A stretch of 64,000 nucleotides of DNA from contig OX337233.1 of NCBI GenBank assembly GCA_946965045.2, positions 1,488,001 through 1,552,000 on the forward strand, written 5' to 3'. The notes under the pieces were generated by a model. The model was not told where the DNA came from and searched no databases. It worked only from the letters and a program-made list of their open reading frames with translations. This DNA comes from Epithemia pelagica (Eukaryota > Protista > Bacillariophyta). Below, one piece after another: positions 54,345-64,000 of the stretch (the first letter of the stretch is position 1; every line of letters starts with the position of its first letter). The position numbers were made by a program, and so were the translations under genes.

Positions 54345-57300
54345 ATGGGTCTTGATGCGCAAATGGGCCTCTCATGTCGGATTGGCAATAACATGCAGCA
54401 CGGTTGGAACAATGGCATTGCAGATAGCCGCAATCAGGAAGAACCGATGATGGGAGATCAACGTGGATCGTTGGGCCTTTTCATTGAACGGAGCACGTCG
54501 GCTCCTCCTGCATCATCTTCCGGCGCAAATGCAACATCCGACCTTTCCGGAATTGTGAGTTGTTTCTTCTTACCTTCGCTCCCACTGCACTGGTGTTCAG
54601 ATACCTCTAACTCCTTTTTTGCTTCACTTGGAAAACTTCGACCTCAATGCCTATAGAAACTGTTTTCTCAGCATGACGCATCGATCACTGATCGGAACAG
54701 CCTTTTCTCGCCTCCTTCTTCTCTCGTAAGTTCACAAGCTACTACACCCGTCATCGGGAATCCTAGATTCAACGACAGTCCAGCTCTGGAAAATGAGACA
54801 TTCCGAGTGGCCATGCTTTCTTCTATGATTGACAATTCTGGAAGAGCGACAGCACCTTCAGAAACGGTGAGTTTTCTGTCCGGAAGCAATCCATCCACTG
54901 GAGGAGGGGGAGAAACGTTGGGATTGGGTTTTGGTTCACCAAGAACCGAACGAATACCTTCTTCTCTTGGCCATGAACCATTTCAAAGAAGTCATTCTGC
55001 GACACCTTCATCTCAGTCGGTTGCACCTCCCCCTGGTATGGCGGCACTTGGGGACGCATTAGATCACCATGTCGAGCACCCAACTTCACACCTGACGAAT
55101 GATGCCATAAGGAGACCTGCATCGACAGGACTTCTTGATTCGCCAGCACATGGGTCTTCTTCCACTAAAGCTCTTAGACCTTCGGCAAAAACTCTGATGG
55201 ATTGGATACAAGAAGACTTCCCACAGGATGACGTTCCTCGCTATGGCGACGAAGCAAACACTCTCCCGGGTCAGTTGGACCGTCGCTCCACTCTACCCGA
55301 TAAGCATCACCTCTATGATCACCATGCGCAACCTGCTGGTAGCCAACATTCACAGCACCTTGGTCTGACGCACGAGACTCAACCACAGCCCTTAATTGAC
55401 CAGCTTCAGCACCAAGTACAGCGCATTCGATTCGACTCAATTCCAGGAAGTGGGGGACAGGTACAGCAAATGAATCCGCCCCAAGTTGCCGGAGTTGCCG
55501 CCCAGCAACAGTCCCTTCCTCAACAAGTGATGACACAACGTTTTACGCCCACTGGGTTTGATGGAAGAGAATCTGCCAAGCCAGATCTTCCATCGATGCT
55601 TTACCAATCGGGAACTTCTCGAAATCAACATCCACAGATACCACATGGGCAGCCACAACAGCATCAACAGGTGTATGTTGCGGCGCCAGGTCGACCTCAG
55701 CAACCAGGGCATGTGGTGTCGAATCCAGAGACGGTTTATTATCAGCAGCAAATCGAGGTTGCGCCCTCAAGACTACAGGCCCAATTGCTTCCAAATGGAC
55801 AAACTGTGTACATTCAAGAACCCTCGCCTCCTTCGCAGCAACATGCTGGAGGCTACACTTATACGACGATTCAGTACCACCCCCAGTCGGGACAAATGGC
55901 ATCTGAGCAAGCGCAACAACCGACGCGAATCGTTTCGACGGCCCCAACTTCTCTGATACGCCAAAGTGACGGTTCCTATATATCAGCAGTCCCTGTTCCA
56001 TCCGGAAACACACAATCAATTTCTTATTGGCCGGCCGATATAGCGGGTCAAGGTCAAACTGTGATTGTCGGAGCACCGCCCGGTGTGGCGACTCACATGC
56101 CGCAAACAGTTACGGTGAGCCATACTCGAAGTCCCCAACAACTTGCTAATGTTGTTGAGCATAGCTTTGGCCACGGTGGTCATCAACAACGCCACTCGCA
56201 GGCTCATGGCGGAAGGAGTACACGAGACAAAGGAGGTGGCTCTCCCGTAAGCGGTGGTGGAGGTGGTGGAAACAGGTCGCGAAGGGGTGGTCATCAGTCG
56301 AGGCGCACCGAAAGCAAAGGCCATTCCACATCGAGTCCGCTTTTGGAGGAGTTTCGTACAAACAAGAATAGGCAATGGACGGTGCCCCAAATTGAAGGTA
56401 ATATCGTCGAGTTTTGCCAAGACCAGAATGGCTCTCGATTCATTCAGCAAAGGTTGGAACTTGGGGACGTCTTGGAGCAGGAAATTGTGGTTCGAGAGGT
56501 TCTCCCTTCCATTCGCAGACTTCGGAACGATGTCTTTGGCAACTACGTTGTCCAGAAGCTACTTGACTTTGGAAGCCCTCAGGTCCGAGCCAGTATAAGA
56601 GATACTCTTGAAGGTGAAATGCTCCAGCTGTCGCTTCAAATGTACGGCTGTAGAGTTGTCCAGAAAGCCCTCGAAGCTTTGGACTTCGAAGATCTCTCCA
56701 GACTTCTGTCGGAATTCCATCACAACGTACTCAGCTGCATTCACGACCAGAATGGGAATCATGTGATTCAGAAATGCATCGAAGTTATGAATACTAGAGC
56801 CAGAGCCGCAGAATCGGCCGGTGACGACGAGAAAGCCAAGCACTCTCGTGAACTTATAGATTTTATCATCTCCGATGTTTTGGTTAACGCGACAACACTC
56901 TCCTGTCACCCATTTGGATGTCGTGTTCTCCAACGCATTCTTGAGCACAGTGATAGCAATCGGAAAAACAACCTCCTTGATGAAGTGCAGAAAAGTCATA
57001 AACGTTTGCTGGACGACCAATATGGTAACTATGTCATTCAACACGTTCTTGAATACGGCAGGGTGGAAGACAGAGATTCCATCCTTGCTATCGTTGTCGA
57101 GAGCGGTCTCCTCAGCTTGTCTCGGCAAAAGTTTGCCAGCAATGTTGTGGAAAAACTCCTCAAATACGGGAATGGGCCTCAGAGAAAATCTATAGCCCGG
57201 GAAATGTTAAAGAAGGTGGACAAATCATCTGGAATGAACATGCACGGAGGCGACAGCAGTGTCGTGCTCCTCATGGTACGGGACGCCTATGCAAACTATG

Positions 57301-57522
57301 TTGTACAAACCACGCTTGATGTCGTGCCCATTTCAGAAGAAAGGACTTCCCTTCTCAACGAGTTAAACTCACATTCAGATGAACTGGTAAGGCTTCCAAC
57401 AACTAGTTTATCGTGGGATCGAAGAAATACTCACATCCTGTATTATTATTCGTTTTCAGCGGAACTACACTTTCGCGAAGCACATTGTAGCCAAATTGAC
57501 GGCTCTTGATGAAACGAAATAA
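54345..57522 (+). CDS. PUM: Pumilio/PUF RNA-binding protein, 3 exons
   Basis: Puf repeats DQNGSRFIQ, DVFGNYVVQK, MYGCRVVQK, DQNGNHVIQK, FGCRVLQR, DQYGNYVIQH, KFASNVVEK, DAYANYVVQ. N-terminal ERSTSAPP. Introns 54555-54656 and 57387-57459; the last exon gives RNYTFAKHIVAKL. Confidence 0.93.
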
Positions 57523-58210
57523 ACATATGCACATTACGCCGACCTTTCCATCACATATCCCTACCAAGTGCACTGTAAATGCAATAACAGCACCTCTGGG
57601 AAGGAATGAAATACATAGTCTGGGTCTTTAGAAAGGAGACTTATCAAAACTGATACCAGAGGTCCTTCTACAATACTAATAAGCTGGTGGCCGAGTTAAC
57701 GATCTATTTGCTTCGACAGAGAAGGACTGTCCATGAACAAGTATTCTTTTTGTTCACGGAAACACCACACGCCAACCTAGAAAGGTGGGTCCATTTCAGT
57801 TACCGGTAGGGTAGTAGTAACTTTGATATTTGCTTTGTCATAGAGGAGTACCTCGTCTTGGTGTCACCGGCACAATGCAGCATGCAAAAGGCGCACATGC
57901 GTGTGACAGATTTGATGCCATTTATGGATGACGTGGGTCGTCTACCATAGCTCTCTATGAGCTACTCCTATGAATAGTGAATAGCGACAGAAGCAACATC
58001 AACAACGGGGAGAATGTGCGAGGGATTGCTTTTCTCTTAGGGTTCAGGGTTCTCCCCCTTCTTGACAAAGAACACCAAAAATGGAAAAAATGAGGATGAC
58101 AGATGACACGCATGACACCCGTGAACTTTTGCCCGAACACCCCACTTCTTGAGACCATTACTTTTGTCATTGTGTGAGAGTTTTGTTATTGCTTTCTGGT
58201 GTCTGGCTAC

Positions 58211-61203
58211 ATGATGTCGACTCTTCTACGGCTCTTGCCTTTGTTCTATGTGCTGTTGCTGACATGGATAAGAAAAGGCGAAGCTGAACCGATAGATGGC
58301 AGTGAAGAGAAAATTGAAAAGGATGGTGTTGTGGAGAAACAACCAAGCCAATACAGAATCACGGATTTAGCTCAATCGATCAAATCAAAATTAGAATCTC
58401 GGGAAGACCCTGAGGACGAAGAAATACGAACACAATACTGGAGAAAGACCTTCGAAGATATTAAAAAACTGTCCAATCTGATTTCAGAAAAAGAACCTCC
58501 GTTGCTAAGCAGATGGAAACAACGCCTGGATCAGGACCAAGGGTCCGTCGTTTCCGATACCAAAGTCCTCCCGAACATGACCAGTTCCGTGGATGCAGTG
58601 CAGAGCGCGGAAGAAGAATCCCTGTTGAAGGAGGGAAGTTCGAATCCGCGTGTTGTTCAAATTCCACGGTTCGAGGGTTTTCTGAACTGGGAGCGCATGT
58701 TGCAAGAATGGGCGGATGAGGTTCAAGAATATATCCAAGAAGTGGAAAGAGAATCTGGATCTGAGTACATGCTTGCAAACTATGGAAGGCCTCTTTTATA
58801 CAACAGCGAAGGATCGAAATCTAATTTCTCTATGGATTTGGACGCTGAGGACGAAGAGGACACGGACATGTTGACAGTGCAACCTTACGTCTCTGATTTC
58901 GAAGATGATGCCACCGAATTGAGTGAAAAGACAGAGACAAGAATAGGCGAAATGAGTGAAAGAGAATCTTACGTGAGTGGACAGCGAATTGTCCCTTCCC
59001 CCCTTCCAAATGGCGAATTGGCGCTGCCACACACAGATTTGTCGGATAAATCAAAGCGTATCGAAATTGTTACAACCGCCTCTCTTCCATGGAGAACTGG
59101 GACAGCGGTCAATCCACTTCTGCGAGCGGCGTATATGTTGGAAGGACGCAAGGAGATGGGAGGGAGTGTCACACTTATGCTTCCTTGGTTAGAGCGTCGG
59201 GCTGATCAAGAGCGAGTGTATGGAGTTGGCAACACATTTGAAACGAGCAAAGATCAAGAAGACTATATTCGAACCTGGCTAAGGGAATCTGCTGGCATGC
59301 CTGAAGCGAGCGAAAACCTCGGAATTCGGTGGTATACTGCATGGCAAAACAAGGCGGAGAATTCCATCTACAGTATGGGAGACATTACGGCACTGATACC
59401 TGCTGACGAAGTTGATATATGTATCTTGGAGGAGCCCGAGCATTTGGTAAGTACAAAAGAAGGATATCTGTAAAGGTGCTATGTTCACAGAATACCTCTT
59501 AAAGGCTGTCACGCTGTATCAGAACTGGTATCGAGCTCCAGGTGAGAGTTGGACGAAGAAGTTTAAGCATGTAGTTGGTATCCTCCATACAAATTACTTT
59601 CAATACGCCATGGATCAACCGGCTGCCATTATTCGTGCCCCAGCAATGCGTTTGCTGTGTTCATGGATGTGCCGAGCACACTGTCACCGTGTCATTAAAC
59701 TTTCAGGAACCATCGACAAGGTTGCACCCGAGAAAGAGCTGGTTGAAAACGTTCACGGAGTTCGTGGAACGTTTCTGGATGTTGGATCCGAAGTGAGTAA
59801 GATGCTGCGGGAATCACCGAGGAAAGCAGAGGCATCGGTCTTTGGAGCGGAAGTCGAGCCGACTATATACTTTATCGGGAAAATGTTGTGGTCGAAAGGA
59901 CTTGGTTCTTTGATGGAGCTTCTAAAATACTTTGAGGAGATATCTGGTACCAAGGTGAAAGTGGACATGTATGGAGGGGGACCAGACAAGGATGCTGCGC
60001 AAGCAAAAGCTAAAAGCCTTGATCTCGACATGCCCTTTCATGGGCCTTTGGATCATGCCGAACTGGCAGATACACACAAAATTTTTGTTAACCCGTCCAC
60101 GTCGGAGGTGCTGTGCACTACCTCTGCGGAGGCACTTGCTATGGGAAAGTTTTTGATCGGTAGGTGGTTGGAATCAGTAGCCTCCATTCCATCGTTGAAG
60201 AGCTAACCTCACCATACATCACCTTTCTTTACATGTTGGCTTGTCTCCAGTGCCTTCCCACGTCTCAAATGACTTTTTTGCTCAGTTCCCCAACTGCTTG
60301 AGCTATGCTTCTAAAGAAGAGTTTGTTGGCAATCTATTCTACGCAATGACACATTCACCGGAGCCTCTTTCGGAGGAATACTTGCATGCACTGTCGTGGA
60401 GAGCTGCTACCAAGCGACTTGAGGCGGCAGGGTGTATACCTGTTGCCGAGGCTCAAAGTATGGAGGAGTTGGGAGTAGAGATTCCACTTCCTCTTCTAAT
60501 TGAAAATGAGACGAGACGCAAACAAATTTCAACGACGCTTCATTATACAAGAAGGCGGTTCACGCAATTTCGCTCGAGGCTGTCCATGGAGATTCGTCAG
60601 AATCGGGTGCTTCCGAAGAAGCTAAAAGAGCGTTTGGCAGCAGATCTGAAAAAGAAGCTTGACCTGGAAATCGATGAGATGCTAGAGTCTCCAAAGCTAC
60701 GTCTACGACTCTCGCCGGCGGAGCTAGACAAGACACTGCTTGAGCTTTATGACAACATTAGCGCAGGTCCTAGCGGTGATGTTCTTCGAGTGATTGGAGG
60801 TGGTGGTTCCATTGGTCTACAGAACATGTACATGCGTCGCCAGGCAATGAAAAAGCTCGGCCGCGCAGGTGCACTTTCTAGTTCCGATCTATTCCCTTTT
60901 GACCTGAATGACGCGGACGTGGTGGAGCGTGACCGATCAATTAGTCAATGGATCCGATGGGCACTTCGCCGCAATCTCCCCGCAAACCGCAAGGATGGCA
61001 TTTTACCACCATCTCCGCTGGGTAAACCTTTGTCGACAAAACCAGTGAGCCAAGACAAGGCTGTTGAGACGACAAAGATGTCTCTCTCACCGTTCTCGCA
61101 CCAAACGCGGCATTCGGTCATGTCGTCGTGGTCAGGGCTCGCTGCGCCTCGCCAAAGCTTCAGGTACCAATCACAAAGAACAACAAGTACCCTTCTCATA
61201 TAA
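58211..61203 (+). CDS. DGD: Digalactosyldiacylglycerol synthase (GT4), 3 exons
   Basis: VTTASLPWRTGTAVNPLLRAAY, LEEPEHL-NWY, VVGILHTNY, FVNPSTSEVLCTTSAEALAMGK. Introns 59447-59522 and 60160-60250 join in frame. Confidence 0.92.
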
Positions 61204-61752
61204 CCCACTTTATCATGTCGTTTTGATGATTTACACCATCCGGTTTGTTGAGCGTTTCGTTCTCGACCCATCGGTAGCTGGCCTTTTCCCATGGCACCAA
61301 GTCATGTCCCATCATGAAAACGTTTTCGATCGCTTGTCCTCTTTTACTGCAATCTCTCGTCATCGTCCTAGTTAGACAAATACTCTACTATTAGAACTAC
61401 CTCTACAGAATGTTTCAAAAATCTTAGCGTTCGATTTGTGTCTACTTTGATTCCCAGAAGTCATTAAGAAATTCTGTGGAAGGTCGCAGAAGGTTGCGTG
61501 GCCTCTCCTCTACTAAAGAGGTCGAGCAGAGAGGCCTCTAACTTCTAACTAACTCCATACCAGACTGTGTAGGTAGTTCGTCTCACATTTTTATACTACA
61601 GTAGGAATTTTTTGTACGACCGGGAAGTAGTTTCGTGCGAGTCGCGCGGTTTCCCTCTCGTGTGTGACACTTGTGTGACACTTGTGTGACACTTTGTGAC
61701 ATGGCTTCCATGAATTTCTCACTACCTACACAGCTTGATAGGGAGTAAGTTT

Positions 61753-61930
61753 ACTACTTCCCTGTGTCTGGCCGTCCTCTCGCGTCGGGCGCGCCCGGCT
61801 TGTCGGGAGAATGACTCGACGGGCAATTGTCTTGTCGGGCGTGCGCCCTCCTCGACCATTGCCCTCCTCGTCATTCTACCCTCCGCGCCGGGCGGTCCCT
61901 CCTTGAAAGGACTCGACACCGGGAAGTATT
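61753..61930 (-). ncRNA. Candidate structured RNA or ssDNA element: rod-like hairpin with four iterated 5x5 loops, copy 1
   Basis: Continuous nested pairing from TACTTCCC/GGGAAGTA in to a GGGC-GCAC-GCCC cap. No known RNA family recognised and transcription is unproven. Confidence 0.4.
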
Positions 61931-62127
61931 AATACTAACTCCATACCAGACTGTGAAGGTAGTTCGTCTCACATTTTTATACTACAGTAGGAATTTTTTG
62001 TACGACCGGGAAGTAGTTTCGTGCGAGTCGCGCGGTTTCCCTCTCGTGTGTGACACTTGTGTGACACTTTGTGACATGGCTTCGAGGAATTTCTCACTAC
62101 CTACACAGCTTGATAGGGAGTAAGTTT

Positions 62128-62305
62128 ACTACTTCCCTGTGTCTGGCCGTCCTCTCGCGTCGGGCGCGCCCGGCTTGTCGGGAGAATGACTCGACGGGCA
62201 ATTGTCTTGTCGGGCGTGCGCCCTCCTCGACCATTGCCCTCCTCGTCATTCTACCCTCCGCGCCGGGCAGTCCCTCCTTGAAAGGACTCGACACCGGGAA
62301 GTATT
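62128..62305 (-). ncRNA. Candidate structured element, copy 2
   Basis: Same as copy 1 except one C>T on the minus strand (62259), which turns a C-G pair into U-G. Confidence 0.4.
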
Positions 62306-62946
62306 AATACTACCTCTACAATTCTCGAAAATATAGGGGGATCTTACAGAAGAGGAGGGGAAAAAAGGAGGAGAAAAAAAGAAGAAGAAAAGGAAAAAAG
62401 AAAAAGAAGGAAGAAATTATGGTAAGATTCCCTTCGTCGAGAACGTGCGATTGCCGCTATCAGAATGTGATCTAATTGGCTGTTGTCTTTGTCACTGTTT
62501 CTTCCCCTGTGTGCAATGTGTGGTGAGTACGTGGTGGACCACGAAGTAGAGAGGAGGGGATTTGGCAGGTCCCCACGGTCAACGTACGAGTGTTTCTACG
62601 GTAAGTGCTGAGAGCAGCTGTCTTTTGCCTATGTAAAACAACGTCAGCCTCACATATGCCTTGTGACATTTGTTCGTATTGCCGGTGTGTGTCTTTTAGC
62701 CATACTTAAAACGCCGTATACTGCGCGAAGATTTGCAAATGGCTAGCTACTCCACGGCACGCAAATTTGCAGATCTTCTCATTATTTTATCAACGATGGC
62801 TTTCTCACTACTGTTGTTGTGTTCTTGCCAATACTGTTTTCTTTCGTTCTTCTGTTTCTGGTAACAGCACCATGGTAAGTGCTCAAGCACTGCTGGTGCC
62901 CGAATCATGTTGCTTTTTTCATTTCACTAACTATTTTTATTTTTTC

Positions 62947-64000
62947 TCAATACAGACGATTGCTCGCATGGTTTCGGCATGATTTGTCATGCGGTGGGAT
63001 GCCCCTTCGATTGGGGCGATTCCAGTACTGAATGTTGCGGATGCAACAGTTGTTGGTTGGAAGTTGCGGGGGGAATTGTGGTGGTGGTTGATTTGGCAGC
63101 AGTATTTGTTGATGGGCCGGATTGGGCACGGCCGTTGTTTGCTGGCAGAGGATCGTGGACAAGAAAGCTGCCTGCTGCAGCAATTGCTGCTGGTAGTGAT
63201 AGACCTTGGTCTGGTTGTGTTGCATGGATGGCACCGCTTGGTGCTGGATCATTTGTTGTTGTGTTGGAGGCATGGTAATGTTTGTTGTTGTTGTTGTTGC
63301 ATTTGGATTCTTTGCAGGCTGGAAATGGGCGGCCACTGGAGATGATTCAGCTTGCATACTGTTTGTCTCACCCTCCTCATCTGCCATATTGATATCTTCG
63401 CTGTCACTCTCCTTTTCTTTTTCTTTTTCTTTTTCTTTTTCTTCATTCATGTCTTGCTCTTCATCTGATTCATCTTCCTCGTCATGCTGTCCGTTGTTGT
63501 TGTCATCGTTGTTGTCTTCATGATCGTGTCCCATCTCTTCGATTGCAAGTTGTGTTTTAGTGTGGAGATAACTGGAACAGCCATTGCAGGGACAGTGGTC
63601 ATTGTGGAAGAATTGGAGCGGCCATTGTTGCTGGATCTCTGTTTGGATTGAGAGATATTCCGAGAAGAAGCGTTCACCGTTGTCGTCCGGTAAGTCCTCC
63701 ACGTAGTCGAACGGTTTCTTTGCCCCGCAGCGAACGGCAAGCTTGTTGATGAATGCCAACTCGCAGTGATTCCAGTGACTCACAACTCCTTCCCATGCTG
63801 CAGGCATTTTCTTGTTGCGTTGTTGCGAATTGAGATTGGCTAAACGGACGTTTTGTCGTATTTTCTTGTTGTATCGTGCTGTTCCACAGAGATTCAGCAC
63901 ATCGCTGAGTGCCTCGTTCATACCTCCATTCCCACAATGGGCAAGGTCGTCGTGCCATGATTCAAGCTTACTTTCACCACGGTAAGACACAAACTCACTC
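62947..64000 (-). mobile_element. C-terminal part of a probable Mutator/ISL3-like transposase; ORF enters from the right edge
   Basis: Frame is open to 64000. YRGESKLESWHDDLAH...RYN resembles the catalytic-Glu helix (xxNxxESxH/N) of MULE-type transposases, followed by an acidic and Gln-rich tail. Confidence 0.5.

Larger units (their letters stand above)
61548..62308. repeat. Two-copy tandem duplication (386 bp + 375 bp)
   Basis: Copies 61548-61933 and 61934-62308 differ by one 11-bp GTGTGACACTT unit and about 5 substitutions. Confidence 0.95.

Noticed and set aside
61753-62305. Hairpin as SRP RNA, U3, RNase P/MRP, hammerhead ribozyme or Fanzor omega-RNA
   Set aside because: No SRP helix-8 motif, no C/D boxes, no GAGGAAAGUCC-like P4, no CUGAUGA/GAAA core, and the adjacent ORF shows no RuvC motifs in the visible part.
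63360-63520. (GAAAAA)n, acidic and poly-Gln/Asn tracts here and in other long ORFs
   Set aside because: Routine low-complexity coding sequence.

Overview
Gene-dense eukaryotic DNA with short GT-AG introns. Bipartite plastid presequences, phytoene synthase, DGDG synthase and a CoDi-like Copia element point to a diatom, probably pennate (inference). Host genes, left to right: a kinase-like protein running off the left edge, a small zinc-finger protein, a membrane protein, Argonaute, a Mei2-like RRM protein, a TALE homeodomain-RING fusion, a PH-domain protein, a plastid-type WW-PP2C, a phosphate-carrier-like MCF protein, a BASS symporter, PSY, a PDZ protein, Pumilio and DGD. The middle (27.4-42.9 kb) is a nested mobile-element stack: a degenerate Copia with TA...CA LTRs sits in a cargo ORF of a multi-ORF Harbinger-type transposon, which sits in a block carrying a Crinkler-like NTPase-nuclease gene. 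The two most striking signals: (1) both Crinkler/RHS-like NTPase-REase genes lie in compact blocks (about 2.5 kb, and about 3.3 kb once nested elements are removed) bracketed by long direct repeats of host DNA (53 bp exact; about 185 bp diverged), as if they were mobile units making very long target duplications; (2) a tandemly duplicated unit of about 380 bp at 61.5-62.3 kb contains a rod-like hairpin of about 178 nt built from four iterated 5x5 purine-rich internal loops. All alignments, folds and translations were done by eye and no database searches were run.
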